Positions 34,193 to 44,783 of a DNA stretch of 64,000 nucleotides are shown here, piece by piece. The notes beneath the pieces are model-generated. The model was not told where the DNA came from. It made no database searches and saw only the letters and a program-made list of their open reading frames with translations. The stretch lies in contig JAXLTR010000016.1 of NCBI GenBank assembly GCA_046329965.1, positions 127,598 to 191,597 of the forward strand, read 5' to 3'. Every line of letters starts with the position of its first letter. The stretch's first letter is position 1. A program made the position numbers and the translations under genes. The stretch comes from Bacteroidales bacterium. GTDB lineage: Bacteria > Bacteroidota > Bacteroidia > Bacteroidales > NBLH01.

Positions 34193-36061
34193 TTAATCTG
34201 TTGAGCTGAATTTCAACTCTTTAGCAGTTTTAACCAATCTAATAAATTCTGCCCGGTATCCATCGCTGTCAGTTCCCCTGGCATTCTCGGCCTGGCTTAT
34301 TACCTGTTCATAACCAGCAGTTCCTTTAAATTCTGAATTCCTCAGTAACATCCCAAACATGGCTACAGCAGACGAAAACCTGCTGTTTTCTGACGCTTTA
34401 ATGTTTTCAATAATTGTATTGGCTACCGGAATATTATAATCAATCCCAGTGTTTCCATCCGGTAATTTATACCTCGTTTTAATAGTAGCCACCTCTTTGG
34501 TATCTTTTAACTCATTTTGATTGGTTTGGTATTTCAAATTGTCAACTTCCTTAATAAATTCGCTTTTTACCCCTACAGGAATAATTTCATAAATAGCTGT
34601 AACTGTGTGCCCTGCTCCCATTTCGCCGGCGTCTTTTTTATCATCTTTAAAATCTTCGGTATTGAGCATGCGGTTTTCATAACCTACAAGCCTGTATGCC
34701 TGCACCACAGAGGGATTAAATTCTACCTGTAGTTTTACATCTTTTGCTATTGTAAAAATTGTACTTCCAAATTCCGAAACCAGTGTTTTGTTGGCTTCCT
34801 GTATATTGTCAATGTATGCATAGTTTCCATTTCCTTTATTGGCAAGGGTTTCAATTTTATTGTCTTTGTAGTTTCCCATTCCAAAACCAAGGCAGGTTAA
34901 GAATACACCCGATTCCCTTTTTTTAACAATCAGGTCTTCCAATTCGTTTTGGTTCGACACCCCAACATTAAAATCTCCGTCTGTACACAAAATTATCCTG
35001 TTGTTGCCCCCTTTCAAAAAATTTTCTTCTGCAGTTTTGTAGGCTAAAAGTATCCCTTCACCTCCAGCTGTTGAACCGCCAGCCTGCAAATTATCAATGG
35101 CCTCGAGAATTTTTGCTTTATCGTTTCCTGGTGTTGAATTCAATACAATTCCGGCCGCTCCGGCATAAACCACAATCGAAATTTTATCTTTTTCGCGTAA
35201 ATTGTTTACAAGAAGTTTTATACCCGATTTTACAAGTGGCAGCTTATTTGCCTCATCCATTGAACCTGAAACATCAAGTAAAAAAACGATGTTGCTCGGT
35301 GGCAAATTATCGGTAGGAATTTTCTTGCCCTGAAGCCCTATATGAAGCAAATAATGTGAACTTTGCCACGGACATTCGGTATATTCGGCATTTATACTGT
35401 AAGGATGTTGATTGGTGGGTTGGGGATAATCGTAATTAAAATAATTTATCATTTCTTCAATTCTTACCGCATCGGCAGGAACCATTTGGCCGAGGTTTAA
35501 AAAACGGCGTATATTTGAATACGATGCACGATCAACATCTATTGAAAATGTGGACAGTGGATCCGATTTAACATTTTTAAATCCATTTTCATGGACTTTA
35601 TTGTACTCTTCTGTGCTGGGATTGTAATAGGTTGTGTTAGTTCTGCCCATGCCTGATGCAGATTTTGCTCCTTGTATTGAAAAAGACTCATAGACCAGAA
35701 TTTCACCTTCAACAGCCGGACCATCTTTAGCTGAAATTTCATCTACAATTGCGGGCCTCCTGAGTTTTGATTTATTTTCAACCGGTACCAGTATACAATT
35801 TACTACTGAGGCATTTATCAATAATTCTTTCCTGCCATAGCCTTCGAGGTTAAAAATCAATACTTTTTCATTTTGGGGTACTGAAATTTTATAGGTTCCG
35901 TCTTTACTGCTATTTACGGCTATTTTACTTATTTTACCGGTAATGCTTACATTTGCCAATGGCTGTTTTCTATTATCGGTAACTTTTCCTGTTATGGTTT
36001 TTTGGGCAAATGCAATTGAAACCAAAAGGAACAACTGGATAAAAATCAATATTGTTTTCAT
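34193..36061 (-). CDS. YfbK-like von Willebrand factor A domain protein with carboxypeptidase-regulatory-like N-terminus
   Basis: PLSTFSIDVDRASY, VRIEEMINYF, LLDVSGSM (MIDAS), TDGDFNVG, DDKKDAGEMGAGHTVTA. Confidence 0.92.
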   Translation of the reverse strand: MKTILIFIQLFLLVSIAFAQKTITGKVTDNRKQPLANVSITGKISKIAVNSSKDGTYKISVPQNEKVLIFNLEGYGRKELLINASVVNCILVPVENKSKLRRPAIVDEISAKDGPAVEGEILVYESFSIQGAKSASGMGRTNTTYYNPSTEEYNKVHENGFKNVKSDPLSTFSIDVDRASYSNIRRFLNLGQMVPADAVRIEEMINYFNYDYPQPTNQHPYSINAEYTECPWQSSHYLLHIGLQGKKIPTDNLPPSNIVFLLDVSGSMDEANKLPLVKSGIKLLVNNLREKDKISIVVYAGAAGIVLNSTPGNDKAKILEAIDNLQAGGSTAGGEGILLAYKTAEENFLKGGNNRIILCTDGDFNVGVSNQNELEDLIVKKRESGVFLTCLGFGMGNYKDNKIETLANKGNGNYAYIDNIQEANKTLVSEFGSTIFTIAKDVKLQVEFNPSVVQAYRLVGYENRMLNTEDFKDDKKDAGEMGAGHTVTAIYEIIPVGVKSEFIKEVDNLKYQTNQNELKDTKEVATIKTRYKLPDGNTGIDYNIPVANTIIENIKASENSRFSSAVAMFGMLLRNSEFKGTAGYEQVISQAENARGTDSDGYRAEFIRLVKTAKELKFSSTD

Positions 36062-36227
36062 GGAATTCTGTTTTAATTTTTAAGTGAGATGAATAAAACA
36101 TCCAAATTCCATAATTAAAATTATCGCATTTTTTATTAATGCGAATTTTGTACAATAAAGAATAAAAGGTAAAGTGTTGTATCTCAATTATAAAATAACA
36201 AATAAAAAAATTTGCGCTTGCCCTTTT

Positions 36228-36845
36228 TTAAGTGTTATTTCCCTTTTTTTTTCTGGCTTTATAAATCAGATAGATGATGAATATAATTCCTATTGAAATA
36301 AAACCCCAGGTAATTTCTTTAAAATAGGTTTCCCAGTGATCAATCAGAAAATAACTCATCAGCGCAAGGGTAGAATTCCAGATTAAGGATCCAATGAAGG
36401 TATAAAGTACAAAATTGCGGATATTCATTTTGGCTAAACCGGCAGGAATTGAAATCAGGTGTCTGATGCCCGGAATAAGCCGGCCTAAAAAAGTTGAAAT
36501 GTTCCCGTTCTGGATAAAATAATTTTCTGCATGTTGCACTTTGGCTGGTGTGATAAAAAATATGCGTGCCCATTTTGTAGCAGCCAGCGAATATACAATT
36601 TTCCGTCCCAGGTACAGCGATAAATAATAATTAAACAATGCCCCGATTATACAACCCAGGGTAGAAAAAACGATCACGAGTGAAAGGTCTAAATGCCCGG
36701 TTAATACAAGATATACAGCCGGCGGAATCACAAGTTCGGAGGGAAGTGGGACAAATGAACTTTCAATGGCCATAAATAAGGTGATTGTAAAATAATTCAG
36801 GTTTTCTTTGTACCAGGTTATAATTAAGTCGAATAGTTCACTCAT
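36228..36845 (-). CDS. DedA family membrane protein
   Basis: AIESSFVPLPSELVIPPA, FLGRLIPGIRHLISIPAG. Confidence 0.93.
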   Translation of the reverse strand: MSELFDLIITWYKENLNYFTITLFMAIESSFVPLPSELVIPPAVYLVLTGHLDLSLVIVFSTLGCIIGALFNYYLSLYLGRKIVYSLAATKWARIFFITPAKVQHAENYFIQNGNISTFLGRLIPGIRHLISIPAGLAKMNIRNFVLYTFIGSLIWNSTLALMSYFLIDHWETYFKEITWGFISIGIIFIIYLIYKARKKKGNNT

Positions 36846-37023
36846 ACTTTAAAAATTTGTCCACAAAAATAGATTTCTAATTCTATTCTGCAAATAAATA
36901 GAAAATAGTTTGTAGGATATTTTCTTAATAATAGCCTGATTTTTTGGAATTTAATTAATTGGCGACAATCAGTGAGATGTTTACGGGATTCATCAGAATC
37001 AAACCAGCCTTATGAATTATTGT

Positions 37024-39342
37024 TTATTCTGCTTTATGTACCATTGAATCAGTAATATCAACAGAAATATTAATTACTTTATAAGGATTTCCGCTTTTAT
37101 CATAAATTGGAGTATAAGCTTCTGAAAGCCAGATATCTTTTCCATTAATCTGGATATGTTGTATTGTTTTTTTAACAATTCCCCTTCTTAAGTCGTTCCA
37201 GAAATCCCTGAAAATATTTCGCCTGTCTTCCTTTGTCACTGCAAAAGCACCCTGGAAAGTACCCACCATAGCATCTTTGGTCGTATTCAAAAGCCTTAGA
37301 AAATCACGGTTTATTTCAATAAGGCGTCCCTGCATATCAAACTCTGCAATTAATGCCACAGAATGCAAAGCTTCAATAATGCCTTCATAGTCCAAGGCTT
37401 TTCGTTCAAGTTCTTCCTGGGTTGTTTTCATTTCTTCCAGGTTTTGTCTCATTTCTTCTTCTTGTGCAATTAATTCTTCCGATTGTATCCTGGATTCCTC
37501 CAGCAATTTGGCTGTTTGTTCGTTCATTTTCACGTTTGAAATGGTAGAACCAATACTTTCACCAATTCTTTCAACAAAATTTACCTGGTATTTTTCCAAT
37601 TCCCTGAAAGAAGCCATTTCAATTACGCCAAAAACCTTTTGGTTAAACATTATCGGAACCAGTAATAAGCAGCTCGGATTAGCCTGTCCCAATCCGGATG
37701 TTATATTCAGGTAATCTTCCGGAAAATCTGTCAGATAAATGGTTTCCTGTTCATTGATACAACGACCTACAAGGCCAACTCCCATTTTAATTTTCTTGTC
37801 AAGATATTTTCTTCTGTCGTAAGCGTAACTTGCTGAAAGTTCAATAAAAATATCTTCTTTATTGTTGTCGTTAATAATAAAAATTCCACCCTGACTTGCA
37901 TCGAGGTACCTTACCAGGTTGCTGATTATATTGTATGAAAATTCAGATAATTTATCAGTCTTTTCACGCATGAGTTCGGCAAATTTTGCCGCACCCTGGG
38001 TAGCCCAGTTCAACCGCATATCTTCGGCTTTCCGTTTGGCTTCGTCTTCAACGGCTTGTTTCAGGCTTTTCCGCATATTTAAAAGCGCGTTTCCAAGCAC
38101 ATCCTGACTGCTTGAAACCTGAAAATTAAAATTGAGGTTTCCTTTTCCAATTTCCAAAGCAAACCTGAGGTTGTTCTCAAGCCCGTCAATTAATGTATTC
38201 ACTGAATTGCCAATGTCACTTAATTCATTCTTTCCCCTTACCATTAATTTATGTTTAGCTGAAATATTCCCCTCGGCCAGTTGGCGTATGGTTTTTGATG
38301 CCTGCAACAAGGGATTTGTTATTCCCCTTGCTATCATCCAAATTACAAAGGATAATAAAATAAACCCAATGATGGCAATGGTTAATGAAATATAAAGGTT
38401 GTGCCGGGCTTTACTCACAATTACATCATGGGGCACAGCTACACCCAGCGACCAGTATTTCGATGAATTCCCAAACTTCATCGGGAAATACGAAACATAA
38501 AAAGCTTTACCCCTGTTGTCAATCCTGTTGTACGAAAAAGGTTTACCCCCACTAACATTTAAAAGTATATTGTGTTCCAAATTTTCTTCGGGAATTACTT
38601 TTTCAACAGTTTTGTTAAATACACTGTCAAACGGAATGGCTGCATAAACGCCTTTGTTAGAAACAATAAAACCAAACGAGTCATCGAAGGGCCTTATTTC
38701 ATTTACCATTCGTTTAAATCTTTCCAGTTCTACATCGAATTGGAGCAATCCTACAAATTGTTTTTGATCCAATACCGGTATTGAAATACTTGAAATCAGA
38801 ATTGAATCGGTTCTACTGCCACTTGCCGAAAACAAATAAGGTTCTGAAAGTTCTTCGCGCGGGTTAATTTTCATATCGTAATATTGACTCCCTATTGAAT
38901 CGCCCGTTAATTCAAGCGAATCAATCCTTTCGTTTATTAAGCCACTGGTTTTGAAGAAAATTTTGCGGAATCTTCCATAATCTTTATCATACTTGTTATT
39001 TAAGGCCGAAAGTTCAAAATTCAATGCACAATTTAAAAGCTGCGGATTGTTTGAAATAACATTTCGCAACATTTCGAAGTAAATCTGCTGTAAATTATTG
39101 TTATTGAAATCTTTATATTGCGAAAAAGACTGAACCAGGGTTCTTGCTATGGCCATATCCTGGTTCAGTTCGTTCATAATATTGTTTGCATATTTTTCAG
39201 AATAACTATCGGTTAGTTTTTCTGCTTCTGCCGTTGATCTTTCATAATCTTTGATATTCAGATACCCAAAGGCTACCACATAAATCAACGAAGCAGTGCT
39301 TAATATATAAACCAGAAGTTTAGTCTGTAAACCGAATCTCAT
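37024..39342 (-). CDS. Cache-HAMP-GAF-PAS membrane sensor without recognisable output domain
   Basis: Two TM helices, Cache sensor, HAMP; GAF (GVGLVGRC, LLLVPI, GVIEMAS); coiled coil EEEMRQNLEEM; PAS (IAEFDMQGRLIEIN, WLSEAYTPI). Confidence 0.85.
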   Translation of the reverse strand: MRFGLQTKLLVYILSTASLIYVVAFGYLNIKDYERSTAEAEKLTDSYSEKYANNIMNELNQDMAIARTLVQSFSQYKDFNNNNLQQIYFEMLRNVISNNPQLLNCALNFELSALNNKYDKDYGRFRKIFFKTSGLINERIDSLELTGDSIGSQYYDMKINPREELSEPYLFSASGSRTDSILISSISIPVLDQKQFVGLLQFDVELERFKRMVNEIRPFDDSFGFIVSNKGVYAAIPFDSVFNKTVEKVIPEENLEHNILLNVSGGKPFSYNRIDNRGKAFYVSYFPMKFGNSSKYWSLGVAVPHDVIVSKARHNLYISLTIAIIGFILLSFVIWMIARGITNPLLQASKTIRQLAEGNISAKHKLMVRGKNELSDIGNSVNTLIDGLENNLRFALEIGKGNLNFNFQVSSSQDVLGNALLNMRKSLKQAVEDEAKRKAEDMRLNWATQGAAKFAELMREKTDKLSEFSYNIISNLVRYLDASQGGIFIINDNNKEDIFIELSASYAYDRRKYLDKKIKMGVGLVGRCINEQETIYLTDFPEDYLNITSGLGQANPSCLLLVPIMFNQKVFGVIEMASFRELEKYQVNFVERIGESIGSTISNVKMNEQTAKLLEESRIQSEELIAQEEEMRQNLEEMKTTQEELERKALDYEGIIEALHSVALIAEFDMQGRLIEINRDFLRLLNTTKDAMVGTFQGAFAVTKEDRRNIFRDFWNDLRRGIVKKTIQHIQINGKDIWLSEAYTPIYDKSGNPYKVINISVDITDSMVHKAE

Positions 39343-39680
39343 AATACAAAAGTTAGTTTCTGGTAAAAACCATCATTGAATTTTTAAAAATTGTATCTGC
39401 AACCAATTCTACTGATAATGTTCTTTCTTGCAAGTTGCCCGAAAGGGTTAATATTTTGTTTGATAAAAGTACAATATTCTGTACAAATTAAAAAATTTAT
39501 TATTTTGTAACAGAATTACAAATAGTATACCCATTTAATGTTAATGTAACTGCAAAATAAAAATTGCCGGATTCTATCTGGAATTTCAAGATTTTATTTT
39601 AATATCAAATCTATTGAACGAACTATTTTTAATTCTTCGTTGTTTATGTTACATTTAAAAATTCATTATTGTAATTTTTT

Positions 39681-42497
39681 ATGAAAAAGCAACTTTTAGT
39701 TTACTCATTGTGGGTTATTTCTTTGTTTGTTCAAGCGCAGGATCAAAACCCACCGGACTTATTATGGAAAAGCATTCGAACAAAAAATTTTGAAGTAATT
39801 TTTCCGGTCGAAATAGAAAAGAGTGCACAAAGAGTTACCAATACGCTTGAATGGGTTTTTGCTAAAAATTTTCAATCAATGCATACAACCCCAAAACCTG
39901 TTGAACTTATTCTGTTTAACCAGTCAACCAATTCAAATGCCTATGCCAGTCTGGCACCCCGTTATATGGGATGGTACCTGACCCCTCCACAATCAGTTAT
40001 AGAACTGGGTAGTACAGAGTGGTTACAAACATTGTCATTGCATGAATTCCGCCACATAGTTCAATATTCTAAAAACAATTCGCATTTTACAAAATTTATG
40101 ACTTACCTGTTTGGCGATATTGGCCAGGTAATGATGCAATGGTCTATTCCCGACTGGTTTTTTGAGGGTGACGCCATTGTAATGGAAACTGCGCTGTCAA
40201 ATAGCGGGCGTGGAAGACTTCCGTCATTTTCGATGTACCAGCGAACCTATCAACTCAACGGGATTAAATTCAAATATGATCAGGCCTACCTGGGCTCGTA
40301 CAAAAAATTTTATCCCAACCATTATTACCTTGGCTATCCTTTAACCGCCTATGGCAGGAAAAATTTTGGGGTAAATTTCTGGGACAATGTTTTGGAAAAT
40401 ACTTCCAGGATTTCGTTTTGGCCTTATGCCTTTGCTACCAGTGTTAAAAAATATTCCGGAATGAATACCAAAAAGTTCTACGAAAGTGCTTTTAAAGATT
40501 TGGAGAAAATCTGGAAAGAACAGGAATTACAAATAATTCAAACCGGGGTGGATACGGTAAATATTAAAAAGAAAAAGAACTGGACCAATTATTATACACC
40601 TCAATTTGCTAATAGTCAGAATATTATTGCATTAAAGGAAAGCCTTGATAAAATACCTGCATTTTATATTCTTTCACTTGACGGACAAGAAGAAAAAATA
40701 AAAAATACCGATGCAGAATTATTTTCACTAGCAAATAATAAAATACTTTGGGCGCGGACCGTTCCGGATATCCGGTGGGGCGAGCAATCTTATACTGATA
40801 TCATAATCCTGGATTTAAAAACCAGGAAAGAAAAAAGACTGAGCTATAAGGAAAAGTACCTTTCCCCTTCCCTTTCGCCTGATGGAAAAAAAATTGCAGT
40901 TGTTGAATTCAATACCCGCCAGGAATCCAATTTATGCATACTTGATGCAGCCAACGGAAAAGTTATTAAAAAAATCAACATCTACACTGATTATATCCGT
41001 ACACCAAGATGGTCATCGGATGGAAATTCAATTGTGGTAGCCCATTCTGGTTTAAACGGGCAAGCCATAAGCATGGTGAATTTGAATTCTGATGAAATTA
41101 TAAAACTAGAACCATATGGCTGGGATAATCCAGGCCGGCCAGTTTTTTACAAAGATTTTGTTCTATACAACTCAGATTATTCCGGAATTGGGAATATTTA
41201 TGCCATAAATATTTTTACAAAACAAAAATACCAGGTAACTTCCCGATTATATGGTGCCTATAATCCTGAAGTTGACGAAATTACAGATAAAATGATATTC
41301 CAGGATTATTCAAAAAATGGCTTTGATATTGCCATTATGGATCTGGATAATGAAAAATGGATAAAAATTGAGCAGGTTCTTAAAACTGAACCCGGCTATG
41401 CTAAAATTCTGGCCGAGCAGGAAGGAAATCTGTCTTTAACTGAAGCCACAATCAACGATAGTATTTATCCAATCGAAAACTATAGAAAACAAAAAGATGT
41501 AATTAACATCCATTCATGGGGTGTTTTTCCTTATGTGCCCGACCTGGAAATTAGTGTTTTATCGAACAATATTTTGAACACTTTGTCCGCTTCTGCCGGT
41601 TACCGATATAATACCAATGAAAAAACCAATACCGGGTTTTTAAACCTTAGTTATGCAAAATTTTTTCCAGTTTTAGGATTCTCAGCTTCTTATGGAGGGC
41701 GCGAAGAATCAACAACTTTGGCGAATGACCAGTTTGTAACCGACAGATGGTCGGAATTCAACACTGCCTTGAGCATTACTGTCCCTCTAAATTTGACAAG
41801 GGGAGTATTTTACAATAATTTGTCATTTAGAACCGCCATTGGTTATACCTATACCTGGAATAGAGAACTGGCATCCCCTACCCGGAAGCCTCCCGGTGAT
41901 TTTACATTTTATTCGGTTTCAACAAATTTTAGTCGCATACGACAATATGCTTACCGTGATTTTGCCCCACGCTCTGGACAGCAAATTGCAATAAGCTACA
42001 GTGCGGTTTCGCCATTCAGCGATAAAGATGGTTATTTGTTTTCCGGACAGGCAGGGTTTTATTTTCCTGGAATTATGCAGCAGCATAGCCTTAAACTTGG
42101 TGGTGCCTTCGAAAAACAAGAATCTTACGTTGCTGCAAATCGCGATAATTTGTACTATTTTGCCAGCAGGGTGGCATTTCCACGCGGGTATCTGAACCAA
42201 ACCACCGACAAATTCTACAAATTCACATCCGATTACCAGTTTCCGGTTTGGTATCCTGATATTAATATAGGTCCGTTGGTTTATTTTAAAAGATTCAGAG
42301 CTGGTGTTTTTTATGATTATGGAACAGGTTATGTTTCAACCAGTAACTATGAATATCAATCAGTTGGAGGGAGCCTGATGGCTGAGATTAAACTGCTTCG
42401 GATAAACTATCCATTCGAAATCGGTATTCAGTATGCACATCGCCTCACCGACGGTCAGAACGAATATTCATTTCTGATCATGGGACTGCCATTTTAA
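39681..42497 (+). CDS. Outer-membrane protein: N-terminal HExxH metallopeptidase-like domain, TolB-like propeller, C-terminal Omp85-like barrel
   Basis: Signal peptide; SLHEFRHIVQ...WFFEGDA; PSLSPDGKKIA and PRWSSDG repeats; beta-strand C-terminus ending in Phe. Confidence 0.7.
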   Translation: MKKQLLVYSLWVISLFVQAQDQNPPDLLWKSIRTKNFEVIFPVEIEKSAQRVTNTLEWVFAKNFQSMHTTPKPVELILFNQSTNSNAYASLAPRYMGWYLTPPQSVIELGSTEWLQTLSLHEFRHIVQYSKNNSHFTKFMTYLFGDIGQVMMQWSIPDWFFEGDAIVMETALSNSGRGRLPSFSMYQRTYQLNGIKFKYDQAYLGSYKKFYPNHYYLGYPLTAYGRKNFGVNFWDNVLENTSRISFWPYAFATSVKKYSGMNTKKFYESAFKDLEKIWKEQELQIIQTGVDTVNIKKKKNWTNYYTPQFANSQNIIALKESLDKIPAFYILSLDGQEEKIKNTDAELFSLANNKILWARTVPDIRWGEQSYTDIIILDLKTRKEKRLSYKEKYLSPSLSPDGKKIAVVEFNTRQESNLCILDAANGKVIKKINIYTDYIRTPRWSSDGNSIVVAHSGLNGQAISMVNLNSDEIIKLEPYGWDNPGRPVFYKDFVLYNSDYSGIGNIYAINIFTKQKYQVTSRLYGAYNPEVDEITDKMIFQDYSKNGFDIAIMDLDNEKWIKIEQVLKTEPGYAKILAEQEGNLSLTEATINDSIYPIENYRKQKDVINIHSWGVFPYVPDLEISVLSNNILNTLSASAGYRYNTNEKTNTGFLNLSYAKFFPVLGFSASYGGREESTTLANDQFVTDRWSEFNTALSITVPLNLTRGVFYNNLSFRTAIGYTYTWNRELASPTRKPPGDFTFYSVSTNFSRIRQYAYRDFAPRSGQQIAISYSAVSPFSDKDGYLFSGQAGFYFPGIMQQHSLKLGGAFEKQESYVAANRDNLYYFASRVAFPRGYLNQTTDKFYKFTSDYQFPVWYPDINIGPLVYFKRFRAGVFYDYGTGYVSTSNYEYQSVGGSLMAEIKLLRINYPFEIGIQYAHRLTDGQNEYSFLIMGLPF

Positions 42498-42566
42498 ATT
42501 TTGAAAAAAGGCCGGGAACCATTTGTAATTCAGATAACCGGCTTTTAAATTTATAAGTAGGCTTTT

Positions 42567-44357
42567 TTACATTCTGTCGGGAACACTTATTCCGAGCAAT
42601 TCCATTCCGCTTTTTATCACCCGCCCCGTCATATCCGAGAGTTTTAGCCTGAATCGGGCTATTTCTTCATGGGCTTCTTTTAGGATGGGAAAATCGTGGT
42701 AATACTGATTGTATTCCTTTACCAGTTCATAAATGTAATTGGCCACAATTGACGGATTAAGCAATTCTGCCGATTCGGCAATGACCCCGGGAAACATAAG
42801 TATAGATTTTATAAGCTGAATTTCCTTCGCATCAGGTTGTTGAATGCTTTCAATTTCATTAAACCTTAGATGTTTCTCAAAAGCTTTGGTTTTTAACGAC
42901 TGGATGCGTGCATACGTGTATTGGATAAAAGGACCGGTATTTCCATTAAAATCAATCGATTCCTGTGGATTAAAGGTCATGTTTTTCCTGGGATCTACTT
43001 TTAACAGATAGTATTTTAATGCACCGAGTGCAATGGTATCTATGGTTTTTACTTTATCAGATTGCTCCAGGCCATCCAGTTTTCCAAGCTCTTCGGAAAT
43101 GGTTAATGCTGTTTTTTGCATTTCGGCAATCAAATCATCGGCATCTACCACAGTTCCTTCGCGGCTTTTCATTTTGCCTTCGGGCAGTTCAACCATACCA
43201 TACGAAAGATGATAAATATGGTGCCCCCATTCAAAACCAAGTTTTTCGAGTATAATTTTTAATACTTTGAAATGATGATCCTGCTCATTTCCAACTACAT
43301 AAATTTGCTGGTCGAATTTAAAATCCTTGTACCTGATGTAGGCAGTGCCAATGTCCTGGGTCATATAAACCGAAGTTCCGTCTGATCTGAGCAATAACTT
43401 ATGGTCCAGGCCTTCTGATTCAAGATTTACCCAAACACTAGTATCTTCCCGCAGTTCAAGTTTATTTTGTTTAACACCATCGAGTACAATTGATTTACCA
43501 AGTTTATAGGTATCCGATTCGTAATAAATCTTGTCGAAATCGACACCAAGCTTCTGGTACGTGATGTCAAAGCCGGCATATACCCATGAATTCATTTTTT
43601 CCCATAATTCAATGGTTGCTTTGTCCCCTGCTTCCCATTTTTGTAACAATTCCCTTGTTTCGTCCATTAAAGCTGAATTCTTTTCTGCTTCTTCTTTGGT
43701 CATTCCTTTGGCTTCCAGTAATACTAATTCTTTTTTGTACTCCTGGTCAAATTTTACATAGTATTTTCCAACCAAAAAATCACCTTTCATACCCGAAGAT
43801 TCAGGGGTTTCATCGTTTCCCCATTTTTTCCAGGCAAGCATTGATTTGCAAATGTGTATGCCCCTGTCGTTCACAATATTGGTTTTAATCACTTTTTTGC
43901 CTGTGGCAGCCAGTATTTTTGAAATGGAATATCCAATCAGGTTGTTTCTGATGTGTCCAAGATGCAAAGGTTTATTGGTGTTGGGGGACGAATATTCTAC
44001 TACTACTTTCTTTGAATCATCTGCTATTGGCGCAATTCCGAAATTCATCCTTTCAAAAGCTTCATTAAACTTCGACAGCCAGAAGCTAACTTTAAATTCC
44101 AGGTTTAAAAAGCCTTTTATGATATTATAAGTTTCCAGTTCGGGCAAATGCAAAAGAAGAAAATTTCCAATTTCTTCAGCTGTCTGGTCAGGTGTTTTTT
44201 TTGAATATTTCAGTAATGGAAAAGCCACTATGGTGAAATCGCCTTTAAATTCTTTACGTGTATGCTGCACCTGCACATGGTCAACATTAGGTTTACTGTG
44301 ATAAAGATTTACAATGGCTTCGAGCACCTTTTCCTTAATGTATAAGTCGAATTTCAT
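42567..44357 (-). CDS. argS: Arginine--tRNA ligase
   Basis: VEYSSPNTNKPLHLGHIRN (HIGH), KMKSREG, GNTGPFIQYTYARI. Confidence 0.97.
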   Translation of the reverse strand: MKFDLYIKEKVLEAIVNLYHSKPNVDHVQVQHTRKEFKGDFTIVAFPLLKYSKKTPDQTAEEIGNFLLLHLPELETYNIIKGFLNLEFKVSFWLSKFNEAFERMNFGIAPIADDSKKVVVEYSSPNTNKPLHLGHIRNNLIGYSISKILAATGKKVIKTNIVNDRGIHICKSMLAWKKWGNDETPESSGMKGDFLVGKYYVKFDQEYKKELVLLEAKGMTKEEAEKNSALMDETRELLQKWEAGDKATIELWEKMNSWVYAGFDITYQKLGVDFDKIYYESDTYKLGKSIVLDGVKQNKLELREDTSVWVNLESEGLDHKLLLRSDGTSVYMTQDIGTAYIRYKDFKFDQQIYVVGNEQDHHFKVLKIILEKLGFEWGHHIYHLSYGMVELPEGKMKSREGTVVDADDLIAEMQKTALTISEELGKLDGLEQSDKVKTIDTIALGALKYYLLKVDPRKNMTFNPQESIDFNGNTGPFIQYTYARIQSLKTKAFEKHLRFNEIESIQQPDAKEIQLIKSILMFPGVIAESAELLNPSIVANYIYELVKEYNQYYHDFPILKEAHEEIARFRLKLSDMTGRVIKSGMELLGISVPDRM

Positions 44358-44442
44358 GGTTGACGTTAAAGCTTTAAATTAATTAGTATTATTCAATAAA
44401 TCAATTGTTTAAATGATAAATGCCAGGGTTTTGATTTGTGTT

Positions 44443-44450
44443 CAAAGATA
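44443..44450 (-). promoter_or_regulatory. Bacteroidota -7 promoter element for argS
   Basis: TATCTTTG on minus strand. Confidence 0.55.
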
Positions 44451-44502
44451 GTAAACACAAAAAGGAATTAAAAAAGAATTTACATAAGGAGTATCTTGAG
44501 CA

Positions 44503-44587
44503 GAAAATAAAAAATGCCACCCGAAAGTGGCATTTCTAACCTTAACCTAAAACTAACTAATCAATTAACTTCATGCTGATTTAATTG
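44503..44587 (-). ncRNA. Candidate small RNA of about 85 nt
   Basis: TATTTTTG promoter box at 44593-44600 (-); 5' hairpin caattaa/ttaattg; U/G-rich linker; terminator atgccac-tttcgg-gtggcat plus U-tract. Confidence 0.5.
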
Positions 44588-44783
44588 CAGTGCAAAAATA
44601 CAATCAGAAATTCGATTTTAGAAAGTAAAAAAATATATTCTACAACATATTTTTAAAGTTTTCTATAAACTTATTCAAATTGCTTTTAGTTCGACTTTAT
44701 AATTTAGTTTTTACTGCTAAATATCAAAATTTTGAACTAATTACCTGAAATATTGAAAGGATTATTAAAATGCTTTTGTATTT

